A stretch of DNA of 58,124 bases, taken from contig KE561324.1 of the NCBI GenBank assembly GCA_000442015.1, forward strand, positions 62,001 to 120,124. Direction: 5' to 3'. Below the pieces are notes generated by a model, which had not been told where the DNA came from, did no database searches, and saw only the letters and a program-made list of their open reading frames with translations. Numbering within the stretch: position 1 is the stretch's first letter; each line of letters begins with the position of its first letter. This DNA is from Rozella allomycis CSF55. Lineage: Eukaryota. Both the position numbers and the translations under genes were made by a program. Below are positions 11,811-26,361 of the stretch, in pieces.

Positions 11811-12294
11811 ATGGGTCGTATGCACAGCAAAGGGTAATAGAGAAAAAGTCATTTTAGTTAGAAAAGGTATCTCTGATTCAGCTTTACCATATCGTCGTAC
11901 TCCACCATCATGGTTGAAGACTACTCCTGAAGAAGTCTGTGAACTTATCTGCAAATACGCCAAGAAAGGTTTAACTCCATCTCAAATCGGTGTTCTCTTG
12001 CGTGATCAACATGGAATCGCTCAAACTAGATTCGTTACCGGAAACAAAGTCCTTCGTATCTTGAAAGCCAACGGTCTCGCACCAGAAATTCCTGAAGATC
12101 TTTACCAACTTATCAAGAAAGCTGTTGCTGTCCGTAAGCATTTGGAACGTTTTCGCAAGGACAAAGATTCTAAATTTCGTCTCATTTTGATCGAATCTAG
12201 AATCCACAGACTTGCTCGTTACTACAAGACCACTGGTCAATTGGCTCCAAACTTTAAGTACGAGTCTGCCACTGCGTCCACTCTTGTAGCTTAA
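11811..12294 (+). CDS. RPS13: 40S ribosomal protein uS15 (S13)
   Basis: [18 protein letters not shown]...[16 protein letters not shown], with one 28-nt intron. Confidence 0.97.
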
Positions 12295-12325
12295 ATTAAT
12301 AAACTCGAGAGACGAAAAGGGCATC

Positions 12326-13938
12326 TCATTTAAAAAATTTATTCTTTGCTTTTTTTATATATTTTAAACTAGTTATCATCAAAGGAGTTATTATTGGTAG
12401 GAAAAGGGGAAGGTATATTGCCATTTTGTGATCATCAGGGTAGTACATCATTGCCACCATCGAGGGATCAGAAAGAGCCATTCTGGATTCCAAGTAAGCT
12501 CTTCTTGAGTCTTTGTATGATGATTCCCACTTATTTGATTGCATATGTGCCAAAGCCTAATGGTCATAACTGCATTTGAATTACCCTTTTCAATCTAAAA
12601 ATTGATGATTGAATGACGAATCCAACCTGATCAGGAACAATAATATTACTTATTTTATTTAGCATTCTCTTAAAAGCGCCAAATGTTTCTAAAGTCCCTA
12701 TCACAGACTTTATGATGGATTCCTGCATGAAAAGGTCAACTTGAAGGGCAGAGAGGAGTTGGTCATTAGAATCTATTACATGGCCTAATTCAAAATTGAA
12801 TCCAAAAAGGGATAAGATTTGTTTTGAAAATAGTTTCATAATCGGTCTTAATTGCATTTCACTGATGGTGCTTTGTTCAAAAGATTGAAACACGATACCT
12901 CCCCATTGGGGATAAATAAACGATCTGAATTCTTTTTCTGTCTATATTACAAAAAAATTTTACCTTCTTCGTCTAACACTATAATATTGGACCGCTTTGG
13001 AACAAATAGGATCAAATATATATTTTGCTCAGAAGAAGTAGTAGACTCTGCTTTAATTAATCTTTTTAAATTACCTAAATTCCATGATGCTGAATTGAGC
13101 ACACGAGACAGATCATTTTGAGGTAACATATAGTGAGTTCCATTGGACTTTGGCTCAACTGCCAGTTTAGTATCAAATAGAATCTAGTCTAATTTTTAAC
13201 CAGTATATTTTACGTGTGATTCGATTTTAAAATCAACTAGCTCTGATAATTGATTGATAAATGGTCTAAGGTACTCTACTACCGGTCAAATACATATTTT
13301 ACTTTCAATAGCTAATGAAATCTCCCAATCTATTGCAGGTGAAGATTTCATGTCTTCAATTTGTAATGTAAACACCAAACGATAAGATTTCTTTATGTTG
13401 ATCGCTTTGTTCCCCTAAAATGATATTGATAATCATGTACTATTGTATTTGTTGCTGTAACAATTGATTCAAGTCTTTGTTCAATTGATTTTAAAAATCC
13501 AGCATCACATTTACTACTAGTTCGGTACAAAAAGACTCTGCTATTAGATTCAACAAATTTGTCTCCACTTCCTTCATTAGTTTCACAATCAAGCTTTATC
13601 AGATATCTTCCTGGACGAAGCTCTTTGGAAAACTTTTCCATTACTGAATTAAATTTTTTGTCGTTGCATTTGAAGTATTCATAATTGAATCGGCGGATAA
13701 CTGTATTATTGTTTAAAAATTGCATTGAACTGCGACTTGAATTAAAGATATTATCATTTGAGGAATTTATGCAAGTCATAAAATCAAATTGTAAATTTGT
13801 AGTGGGGTTAGCGATATCATCCAAAATCGATAGTTCCGCTCTATAAACTGATGTCATTATCCACCATATAGGTAAACCAATGGCAAAAAAGAACCAAAAC
13901 GACAATAAAATGTACCCCTTTTCTGAGAACGAATTCAT
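12326..13938 (-). CDS. GPI17: GPI transamidase subunit PIG-S/GPI17
   Basis: Motifs GLPIWWIMTSVYRAEL, F.YPQWGGI and DPSMVAMMYYPDDHKMAIYLPLFLP; about 6 short introns. Confidence 0.88.
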
Positions 13939-13971
13939 GGACTGAAAATTGAAAATTAGAAAACTGTAAAC

Positions 13972-14182
13972 ATGGTTGAGAAATAGTTTCCAACAGTAAC
14001 ATAATTATAAATCATAAAAAAGTAATATATCATCATCATGCTATCAATGTCTTCCTGGCAACAAAGATGCCTNTATGGTTGAGAAATAGTTTCCAACAGT
14101 AACATAATTATAAAATCATAAAAAAGTAATATTAATATATCATCATCATGCTATCAATGTCTTCCTGGCAACAAAGATGCCT
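13972..14182. repeat. ~100-nt near-perfect tandem duplication flanking a single N (probable scaffold-join artefact)
   Basis: 13972-14072 is repeated at 14075-14182 with small indels; the N lies at 14073. Confidence 0.85.
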
Positions 14183-14754
14183 TCTGCCAAGTTACAAAAC
14201 AATTCAAAATCATTTGCTTCAAAGTCGCAAGCTTCTAAATCTTTTCCAAGGCTTGGCTCATCAAAGCCATTCATGGAAGACGAAGAGGTTGTACCAGAAC
14301 ATGAGCCTGTTCATGTAACAGAGAAAGAAATTAAACTGGCATTCCAATGGCTTTCTAAAGATGGAAAAAGAATAACCAAAGATGATATAAAATCCAAATT
14401 GACAGAGATAGTGCCACAATTAAGTCTCAGAGATTACAAGTTGTTTGTTGGCAAAGAAAATGAGACAATGAGTTTAAAAGAAATTAACAGTCTGTTACTT
14501 AACCGAGATTTATATGAATTTAAACCAATTGAGGAAGCATTTCATGTAATTAGATTAGCAAAGTTATTAGATAGTTCTTTCCAAAGGATACTGATGGTAG
14601 TATAGATAATAGCTTTATAAAGAGACTATGTGTGTTGATGAATGACGATGGTTATATTAGAAAAAACGATTACAAAAATTTGATGGAGAAATTTGATACA
14701 GACAAGGATGGCAAGATTAGTATGAAAGATTTTGAACAAATCTTAAAAGAATAA
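14177..14754 (+). CDS. EF-hand calcium-binding protein
   Basis: One 29-nt intron; C-terminal FDTDKDGKISMKDF is a canonical EF-hand. Confidence 0.75.
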
Positions 14755-14795
14755 ACATTTTAATATCTTAAATATCTTTAAAATAAAAAGTTTTA

Positions 14796-17700
14796 TTATC
14801 TTAAATAAATTCTTGACAAATCTGACCAATTATTTTGATATCCTTCATCAAATTCAACGAACGCAATGTCACCAGTTATGGAGACCAGCCCATATGCTTT
14901 ATTCTTTACGCTCCCATCAAAAGAATTTTGATTCATTCTGAAAGACAAGAGTGCGTTACCTCCAAATGCTGAAACATGCGATCTTATCATTGCATGAATT
15001 TCCAACATCATGTTGTGTACAAAAGTTCCAGTTCCAGTCTCAACAAAATTGTCTTCTTTAACAAAATGAAGGGATAGATGCCCGATGTAATTAATTGTTT
15101 TCATATCCGGAAGAAATGACAATGGTGAAATTTCAACATTTGCGAAGCTTGAATTGTTCTGTATTGCACTCGTTTGATCGTTTTCAATTGAAGCGCTGTA
15201 AACAGAGTTTTCATCAACCAAATCTTCATCATATTCTTTTTCGTTATTCTCTGAAGTTGAATGGGATTCTTTTGGGTTAGATTCTGGTTGTTGCTGTTCC
15301 AGAGCTTTGGTTATCATTTCATCAATAGAATCTGTTCTAGCCATTTGACCAACAGAGAAAGGCACAGTAGAGAACGAAAGTGTGTTGACGCGGGGTATTA
15401 TTTGAGAAACTGATTTTTCAATATCTTCAGTCTTATCCAACACACCCATAACGTAGGCTGACAATCTAATAAAAATGATGTCTTCAGTAGGATGATGAAC
15501 GTCTAGATTTAAACTTGAAATTAAACTAGATTTAAAATGAAATGTATTGAACATTAATTCAAGAAACAAATCATTAAAAACCATCGTAATTTTTGAGTTT
15601 GGTTCTCTTTGGAAATCCTCAACTTCAACTTGTTTGACCATTGTGAAAAATTGGGTATGCACCTTGTTGAAACATGAATACAGTCTGGGCATGCTTTCAA
15701 CATTACAAATAAGACAATCCGGTAAGTATTCTGTTAACAACAAACAATGAAGAATATCTCTATCTGAATGATCATCAATTTGAATCACAACTGTATCCTT
15801 TAACGTTGTTTCGTCCTCTGAAAATAAAGAACTCGTGTCTGGCTCACTATCACTTGAATCTTCATGATCCATTGAATTAGATTTGCCAAGAAATGTCAGT
15901 TTGTCTAAACCTTCCTTTCGGGCTTCACAATTCTTTGTTGACTTTTCTGTCACTAATTGCACCAATTCATCCAGAGACGAATCCATAATATTTGAAGATA
16001 TACTTAATGGTGTTGGTAGTGGTAATGCTAACAGATATAATGCTGTGCCAGTGGCGCCTAAATTTTATACCCTGGTCATTTTTACTGACTGAAATGGCTG
16101 TTTCACCAATGCTCACTTGAAATCTCAGGCCAAAGATTGAATTATATCCCAAAAGCTTCAGTTTGTAAACTAATTGTCTGTGCATATCATATTCTAAAAA
16201 TGGAATGACATCACCAACATTGGCCGCATTTAGTTCCCCTTCTTGATGTTTTTTTAAACGAAATACATGAGACGATATCAATTGTCCACTTCCATCAACC
16301 ATTAGGTCTTCTGGGGGTTCAATAGTAGTTAATAATATTTCAGGAACATGATGACGACCACACACTTGGCACAGGGAAAAATTCATTGGGAATGGAGTTT
16401 GTTTTCTAGTGTACGGGATATGAGTCATAAAACAGCCTGTTATGAGCAAACATTGCAAGCTTACCTGTTGTAGCCTTTTTCTTTCTTCTTTTCATATTTG
16501 GTGAAAATAGAGTTTCTTTGATATCCAAAGACTTTGTGAACTGTGATAAATCTAATATGGCAGCTGTTCCAACTGCAGAAAAAACACAAAGATCATTTTC
16601 AATTGTTGTCTTTTCTGAATATCCAATCACATGTGGACAGCCAAGTGCCCTAGCGTGAGATTTTATTTCATCTCTCAATTCAGTCCACCATGTGTCTCTA
16701 ATGTCACTGTCGCCCCCTTGAAGTATTTTTATTGATTTCGCGGAAACGACACCACCAATTTTAAGAATCGCTCCAACAGGAAATGATTTTATTGTCAAAA
16801 AGAGTAACTCTGGAACTTTGACAACTCTTGATTCACTTGAAGATTCAGAATTGACTTGATTTTCGTTTGTGGGAAAATCGTGAGTTGCATCATCATTAGT
16901 GAATGGGGAGTCTGGATCCACAAAACTAGGCTGCAGTTTGGGTGAGCTTGGAATGTCAACGTGGATAAACCTTGGAGTTGAAATCACTGAATTGCTACGT
17001 TGTCTCACACTCTCAGGTGTAATAATTTTGCAAGCAGTGCCAATAGCTTTCATATGTTAATAAACTATAATTTACCTCTTGCTGTTATGTATCTATCTTC
17101 ATTTTCAATATCAAACGATGGTGTGTAACCAATCACTGCATTCCCACCCATTTCAACAACCTTCTTCGCAACTTCATTTCTTAAATATCCAGACAATCGG
17201 AAAAGCAACTTTTGTCGAGCTTCATTTGAAAACCGCGGTGTTCTAAAATTATCACTCCAGTGACTCTTTTCAGGATCGTCTTCACTTGTTATAACGTCTA
17301 CCAGACCAATAATTGAGCCAGCCTAATCCTTAAACATCATTAAAGTTACTTTATCAAACGGAAGGGATGAACACGCAAAAAATTGAACACCGAGTGCACT
17401 TTCTTTAAATGGATTCACGTCACCAAAGTATTGCCATCGGATTAAAATATTCAATTCCCCTCTTATTCCCTTTAAAGTATCATGAATCGGAAACCAGCCT
17501 GTTATTTGTTGATTTTCTGCCAACATTGGATTCAAGTCTATATTTACCAACCCAACAATATCTGTCATAAAAACTCAAATAATATACCATTGGCCGAATA
17601 TGCGTCATAATCTAAAACTCTCAATTCCAAATGCTCCTTTTGAAGTTCATCATCGTTTGATATTTCAAATCGAAAATCTTCATTCCAAACCTTTCCTTGA

Positions 17701-17893
17701 CTTTTAAAATTATTACTGGACTAAGAGTTTTCTTACAAACTTGCGTTCTCAACGGCTCATAGTCTGCAAATCTAATTTCTACAAAAGCGTCGGTTAATTC
17801 CGATGTCCTGTCCATTACAGGTAAATCCCTCGCTCCTATTACTCTAACCTCGTGTATTCACTTATTTTTTGTTACTTTAAGAATACATGGCAT
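14796..17893 (-). CDS. C2CD5: C2 domain-containing protein 5 homolog
   Basis: Spliced N-terminus MPCILKVRVIGARDLPVMDRTSELTDAFVEIRF; RDTWWTELRDEIKSHARALGC; 7 introns of 26-29 nt. Confidence 0.88.
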
Positions 17894-17913
17894 TGGAATT
17901 GGAAATTTTGGAA

Positions 17914-18603
17914 ATGAAGCGCGACACAGAATTTGAATTTGAGCTTCCTAAAAGGACTAAAAAGACCGATGAAAGTGACGACGAAGATTTAGATTTAGAT
18001 ATTCTTGGAGGAAGAGGTCAGAGGCACGGTGCAGTCACCAACGCGTATTCCGATGAAGAGGACGACGACGAAGAAGAAAAGGAAAGCAAGACAGTTGAAG
18101 AACATAAATTTTCAATTCACAGAGAATACGAAGAATCCAAAGGCGTTGATGAATATGACGAAAATGGGACAAAGATTGACGCGTTTAATTTGGACGAGGA
18201 GATGGAACAAGGATATTTTGATGACGCTGGAATGTACGTGGAAAAGAAAGATCAGAATAAAGATAAAGATAATTGGCTGCAAGGAATTACTAGGGAAGAT
18301 ATTCAAAAGGCCAAACTCGCTAAAGAAAAGAGAGAAAAAAAGAATAAAGAAACTGAAGCTCCCAAAATTTCGATTGAAGAACTTTATAAAAAATTGTTCG
18401 AACTTGTTGAACCAGGTCAAAGTATACCCAAGGTATAGAGATAAAAGAATTGTCAAATGTAGGCAATGAAAGAATTTAAAAAGAAAAAGAAAAAAGAAAA
18501 ACTGGATTTAATGACTGACATATGTTCTCAATTTATAGACAAAGGAATTTACTCTATTTACGAAGAGACATATGAAAGTTTAGAAGAGAAAGTGAATTCC
18601 TAA
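17914..18603 (+). CDS. LIN1: LIN1/CD2BP2 (U5-52K) homolog lacking the C-terminal GYF domain
   Basis: Motifs IDAFNLDEEMEQGYFDDAGMYV, KDNWLQGI and GIYSIYEETYE; one 30-nt intron. Alternative start at 17887. Confidence 0.75.
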
Positions 18604-18624
18604 ATTTCATAAATTATTTCAAAC

Positions 18625-18813
18625 ATGAATGACGAATTTTTACAGTTTAATCCTTCTTATGTATACTTATTTTCAATCGCACAGTTAAAACATCCGAATA
18701 AAGTGAGGCTTGAGCACTTTAAGAAAACAAAGCCCACCAAAACTCATTTTGAAAGTGATCACGATCGAAACCGAACCAACGAAACCAACTATGATACTGT
18801 AGATGAAAATTGA
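18625..18813 (+). CDS. Small hypothetical protein
   Basis: 62-codon ORF with a possible in-frame 24-nt intron at 18661-18684; AATAAA follows the stop. Confidence 0.4.
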   Translation: MNDEFLQFNPSYVYLFSIAQLKHPNKVRLEHFKKTKPTKTHFESDHDRNRTNETNYDTVDEN

Positions 18814-18888
18814 ATAAATTTTTAAGTAATGAATGGTGTGCTTTTACTGTCATTTTTAATCTTTCCTTGTTAAAATAGTGGCTTATAT

Positions 18889-19959
18889 ATGGACACCAAA
18901 ATTTTAGAATTTCCTCCAGTAAAACGAAAGACTGGAGGAAAGCATTCATATCTATACGAAGAAATAGACTTTTTTGAAAATCTCAATATTAAAAGGGCAG
19001 TAAAATCTCTAAAAGAGGGTTCTGTGGTTGCCATTCCCACCGAGACGGTTTACGGTCTCGCTGCAGATGCATTTCAACCCGAAGCAGTCAAGAAGATTTT
19101 TCAAGTGAAAAACAGACCCCAAGACAACCCATTAATTGTTCATATATCTTCATTCGAGATGCTTGAAACTTTAATAGCGAAACCATTACTAGAAAAAGAC
19201 AGAAATATTCTGGAGCATTTTTGGCCGGGTCCATTGACTGTACTGTTTGAAAAGAGTCAAAATGTTGATGATATTGTGACATGTGGCCAATCACGAGTTG
19301 CTGTTAGAATGCCATCACATCCCATCGCTCGAAGTTTAATTTCTCAGCTTGGCTCACCATTAGCGGCACCATCAGCCAACTTGAGTGGAAGACCAAGCCC
19401 AACTACAGCAGCACATGTATTGAAGGATTTAAATGGAAGGATTGAGTATATTTTAGATGGAGGCAGTTGTCTTTCTGGATTGGAATCCACAGTTTTAGAT
19501 ATTGATAGTGAGACTATTTTGAGGCCTGGTGGAATTACGTTGGAAGATTTAAAAGAGGTGCTACCGAATGTAAAAGTTTATGTTAAAGGGACGGATGAAA
19601 ATATGGAAAATCGGCCTGCTACTCCAGGGATGAAATATAGACATTATGCACCAAATGCAAAAGTATTAATTTTTGAAAACAAAAGAGATTTAATTGAGCA
19701 CGCTGTGACATTGAAGAATGAAGATGGTGGAGTGAGAATTGGTTTGATGTATTCTGATGAAGATTTGTTGGCGAAGAGGGAGTTGTGGCATGAGATTCAT
19801 TATCTGGGAAAGACTGTAGATGATGTTGCATTTAACTTGTTTGATGGGTTAAGAAGTTTGGATTCATTTGAATCGGATGTAATTTTGGTGGTTAAAGTTC
19901 CGGCGATTGGGACTGGATTAGCGGTGATGAATCGTTTAGAAAAAGCAGCAAGTTCTTGA
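18889..19959 (+). CDS. SUA5: Threonylcarbamoyl-AMP synthase
   Basis: Motifs PTETVYGLAA, KNRPQDNPLIVH, APSANLSGRPSPT and PGMKYRHYAP. Confidence 0.96.
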   Translation: MDTKILEFPPVKRKTGGKHSYLYEEIDFFENLNIKRAVKSLKEGSVVAIPTETVYGLAADAFQPEAVKKIFQVKNRPQDNPLIVHISSFEMLETLIAKPLLEKDRNILEHFWPGPLTVLFEKSQNVDDIVTCGQSRVAVRMPSHPIARSLISQLGSPLAAPSANLSGRPSPTTAAHVLKDLNGRIEYILDGGSCLSGLESTVLDIDSETILRPGGITLEDLKEVLPNVKVYVKGTDENMENRPATPGMKYRHYAPNAKVLIFENKRDLIEHAVTLKNEDGGVRIGLMYSDEDLLAKRELWHEIHYLGKTVDDVAFNLFDGLRSLDSFESDVILVVKVPAIGTGLAVMNRLEKAASS

Positions 19960-19998
19960 ATCTAAATAAAACGATTAAATAAAGGCTTAAATTTGAAT

Positions 19999-22350
19999 TT
20001 ATTTTTCTTCTTGTTTTTCTTCATCGTCACTCTCAGGAAAAACTTCGCCGTATTCTTTTAATTTTGATTTGTAAAATTTCACTTCTTGTTCTTGTTCACC
20101 AACGCAGGCTAAAAGATCGTTGAATTGTTCCTTTTCGTTTAAAAGTTCTGTTTCTTTAGTCTTTAATTGAACTAGAAGCTTTTCAACATTTTCTGAAAGG
20201 CTTTTTATTGTATTTTCAAGCTCTTCAATCTTTTTGGTGAATTGAACTTCTTTTTCTTGTTTTTCTGATTCTAATTTTTCAATTTTAAGTTTTAATGATT
20301 GAATTTCTTTATCTTGATTAGATTGTGGCTTGGAACTCTTCTTTTTAGAAAAAGCGTCATGGACGACAATTGAAGCTCGTTTAAAAAAATCTACAAATGA
20401 ATTATCAAAATAAATTTCTGAATTTTCAGGCATTTCCAAAGTTTTCGATACTTGAAAGAATGGGCTGTCTGAAATCCTTTTAAGTCTTGAAAAGAACAAA
20501 TCTAGTCCAATCCTTGTGGTAACAATTGGCAGCAAGTCACTCTTTTTTATTTTAGAGTCATCTGTGAACTCATATGAAATTCCTAACAACAAGGCAGCTA
20601 AACCCTGCACAATATTGTCAACCCCTGTAGATTGACTAATCAACTCGATAAAGAATTGAAGTCTATAAGATTCATTAAACACCAAAGAAATTGATTTTGG
20701 AGATTCAAATGCTAAATAGCAGAGTAGTTCCAAGTAAGCAATCGGAATTCTTTGATTAACGTTATTTTCTCTTGATGAGGCTATTAATTGTTCTGTTATA
20801 CTCTCAATTAATGAAATTTCTGTCTTTTCTCCATATTTAACTCTTTAACTTCAAACTCCAGTCTTACCTGTTGGAATCATAAATTCTGGTGCATAACTCT
20901 TGTGTTCTTCGTTAAACAAAGATCTAATAAAGAAAGACGAGAATAAAACTCTGTAAGAATCTTTTCTAGAATTTTGCCAATCGAGCAAAGTATGAAGAAT
21001 CAGATTTGGCAAAGTCTCTTGATTATCAAGATTCTTTAGCTGTTCAAATAAAGCGCCCGACAATTTATTATTTCTGCACATTAAACACAAAATTAAAAAC
21101 ATATATGATAACTTACTTCTATTAAGTAAACTGAAGCTAAACGAATTGGTAGATGATCAACCCTGGTATACAAGTTGCGACCAAAAAACAACAATGCAGA
21201 CTCATTCTCAGTGTTTAAATTAAAAATATATTCTTGATTTTTTTCAAAACCACGAATCATATCGGCTACAGTGTAAATGGCACTGGTTTTGACAGACTCA
21301 TCAAAGTCAGTTTGGCTCAAAAGAAAATGTGTAATTTTAAATAATGCCTGACTAGAATAGAGACAATTCTACTTAAATTCAAGAGTTTAAAAATACTTGA
21401 TTGAGATTGGTAGATTGTGAATCTGGAAATACCAAAATTCTAATCAGTTGGAGCGCCTTTTTAAAATTGTTAATCATCTGTCTAGTCTTTTTTTCTTCCG
21501 TTTCTAGATTGTCAAACAAATGCACCAGTTTATTGATACAAGCAGTTTCTCTAAAATAATTCTGTAACATGCGATTAACTATTTTACTTGATTTGATACA
21601 TTATAATGAAGAAGATTAATCATCAATTGCAAACAATCTTGAACTACTATATCCCCCTTCAGTGACCCTTGCTCAAAAATAATCTCAAGACATCGTTCAA
21701 ATGTATTTTCAAACGCAATAATTTTCTGTATCTCGGCATTAGACTCCGTCAATGAGATTAATAAAAGAATTCCCTCTGTTCAAGAACCATATTTAAACCA
21801 TACCATTCCTCAACACTTCATTCTCCGCATCAAGCAAATCAACTAGCTTTGAAACACCCATAGGCGCAATAATTAATCCTTCTTGCAACTCTTCCGGTTT
21901 TTGCTTTAACAGCAACGACATGAATTGTATGGTATCATACCGCACATGAAAATCAGCAGCATCCAGCATATTAACAATCAAGCTAACATTACTAGCATCC
22001 TATCACACACAAATAACTATTTTTACCTTTACTACCATCTCTGAAAACTGAAGGCCTTGGTCAGTATCCGAACAAACATAGTTTAATGCTTCTATTACAG
22101 CCTTGGACATGTCCAAATCTTCCATATCGCTTGACTGCAGTGCTTTAATAAATAAATCTAATCCTTTGGTTCCTACAAGTAATGGGTAATCCTTGGAAAG
22201 CCCTTTCAATGCCTTTAATGCACCTCTGCGATCATCAAGAAGGGTAGCATGTCGAAATCGATCACAGAGTTTGTCAATAGTAATATCTACAGAGGGTTGT
22301 TCTGCTTTATCGCCTAAAAGTGCGTTGTAACTGTTTGCCAGAAAATTCAT
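19999..22350 (-). CDS. USO1: Vesicle tethering factor USO1/p115
   Basis: Motifs ATLLDDRR, DFHVRYDTIQ, IQKIIAFEN and IVQGLAALLLGI; short coiled coil; 6 introns, including GT-TG at 21088-21116. Confidence 0.9.
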
Positions 22351-22695
22351 ATGCAGCGATCAGAAATTTCAGATTGCATATCGGCAAATGTAGAATGAGA
22401 ATCATAAAAATTAGATAAATATTGATAAACTAACGAATCCAATTTATTTAGATCTTTAATTAACAGCTGACATCTGTTGCTTTAAAATGGACTTTTAATA
22501 GGCCATGCAATAAACATACTTTTAATAAGCAAAAGAAATAATGAGGTGTTAAATTTATCGCCAAACCTTTGTAGCACCCGTTTCCCGTAAAAATCCTGGT
22601 GATTTTTTCTGGTAATTTCCAAAACTTANTTGTAGCCTTTAAAAAGATATTTCCTAAATTTCCAGTCAAAATCCAGAATTGGCGCGCAACTTAAA

Positions 22696-24571
22696 ATGTC
22701 CAGTTCTTTTCTTTGTGGCGCTACAGAAAGCGTATTATTTTTTGACGATGGAAGGCGATTCGAGATTAACAAAATAAGCGACATGTCAATATCGTCCGAC
22801 AGTAAAAAACATACATTAAAAGTATAGACACTGATCTTGCTGCGTGTTCTGGCAATAAATTGTACTTTTTGAATAGCGGGCTATGTGAGATTTTAAAAGT
22901 AAGGATGATGGATGGAGGGAACGTAGGATTGTACTTGCAGCAAATTTTCGAGGAAGAATGAAAACTGTGTGTTTGTTGGGACAAGTAGTGGGAAGATTGT
23001 AATGTATAATAAAAGTTCCAAGAGTGTTTTGACAGAATACAGTGTAATGAATTTATGTGTGATTGATGATAGGTTAGCAAACATCCCATCGTGATGATGG
23101 CCGTGAATATGGATGATTCGTATATTGCAGCTGTTAGTTCTTTGAAGCAAGTGATAATCTTATCAGTGACTAATGGACACACGTCGTTTCTGCCATTTGA
23201 CTTTACAGTAAGATTGAAATAGATGGTTTAAAAGGAAATCACAAGTATTAATTTCTCCAATTTTAAAAAATCAATGATGGTTGTTTCTGAAGTGACAGGG
23301 GAATGTCATCTTGTGGATATTATTAGCCAAACAAAGGGTACAATGAAAGGCCACAAGGGGAGGATAACAGGAACGGCGTTTTCTCCGTTTAATAGATTTC
23401 TTTTGAGTTCAGCTGGGATGGATGCGGCTATTTGTTTGTATGACGTTGAAAAGAAAATGTAATAGACTTTGAATAGAAAGAAATAGATTGGTAAAGACGA
23501 TTCACTATTCTGTTCCATTTTCTTCGATTGCTTTCAAGCATGATGGGTATACCATCGCAGGTGGATGTTTGAACGGCTATTGTGTGTTTTTTGATTTGAA
23601 AGTTGGATCAAAGCCAACTGAGACGATAAAAGTTGATGAAAAGTCAATCTTGCATTTAGCATTCAGCGTAAACATATAGAAGAAATAAAATTAGAATAAA
23701 GTTAAATCTGGGCAAATGATTGCATCAATGGCAGCCCCTGTCCAAATGAAAGAAAACAGCGATAGGCCATTAACTAGGGGATCTTATTCAGCTGGCAATC
23801 TATTTTCACCTATAAAGAACGAACCAATCAAACTAAGCAAATCTACAACTGATTTCTCACCCCTGAAGAAAGAAAGAACAATGATGCCAGAAACAACATT
23901 TTCACCATTGCGAGTAGAAAAGAAGATTGAATTGAAGAGGGAAATTCAAGAACAAGAAAATCCAGCTTCAAAGTCGCAGAAAATGGCTGAAGAAATATTC
24001 CCCAAAAAGTTTAGTCTGAAACTTGATAATGAACCATTGAAAATGGAAGATTTAAACGTTATCAAGAGACAACATTCTCTCACTAACGAGAATGTTATGA
24101 AAGAGAATGTTGAGAATTTTAGGAAAGAGAATGAAATACATTCACATACAGATGATAATAAAATGAAGTTAGATTATAAAACTAGTCTAAATCAAAAAAT
24201 AAATGAAGCAAAATTGACAGAAAGTGTCAATCCAATAAAGGAAATTTCAGAAACTGTAAATAATGAAACATTCTTGAATAAACAGCGATTGAATAGTTTT
24301 GCATCACAAATGGAAACAATTGATGATACCAAAAGTTTATTAAGAGAAGTGAAATCATCGATTGTAGCCAAAGGAACTGAATATGATTCTAGTCAAGTTT
24401 TAATTGATAAGCTAGACAAGATAGAGTCTATTGTAACAGAAGGAATGAGAAACATGCATATAGACATGGTCAGATTATTTACTCAAGTTAATGTAAACAT
24501 TCACTATTAATTTGAAATAGATCAATTTGAGTAAATTAGGGGAGAGAATGAAGGGTCTTGAAAAGAAGTAA
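22696..24571 (+). CDS. NEDD1: NEDD1/GCP-WD gamma-tubulin targeting factor
   Basis: N-terminal WD40 repeats (FSPFNRFLLSSAGMD), an S/P-rich linker and C-terminal RNMHIDMVRLF; 7 introns. Confidence 0.7.
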
Positions 24572-24645
24572 TCTTTTGATAAAATATTTTTTAAAGTTAT
24601 GTTTTTAAAATGAATAATGTTAAACTTTTAATTTTTAAACTTTTA

Positions 24646-26282
<1,637 letters not shown>

Positions 26283-26361
26283 TGCTCTAAACGACCAGGG
26301 TAATATCGCGTAATCACAAATTCTTAAAAATACATAAAATAAAATAATGCACATTTATTAA

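Noticed and set aside
13972-14182. Tandem ~100-nt duplication as a biological repeat
   Set aside because: The copies sit exactly either side of a single N, which is typical of unmerged contig overlap.
22766-23182. Antisense ORFs in the track (here and over eEF3, LeuRS and ATP2)
   Set aside because: They are shadows of well-supported genes on the opposite strand.
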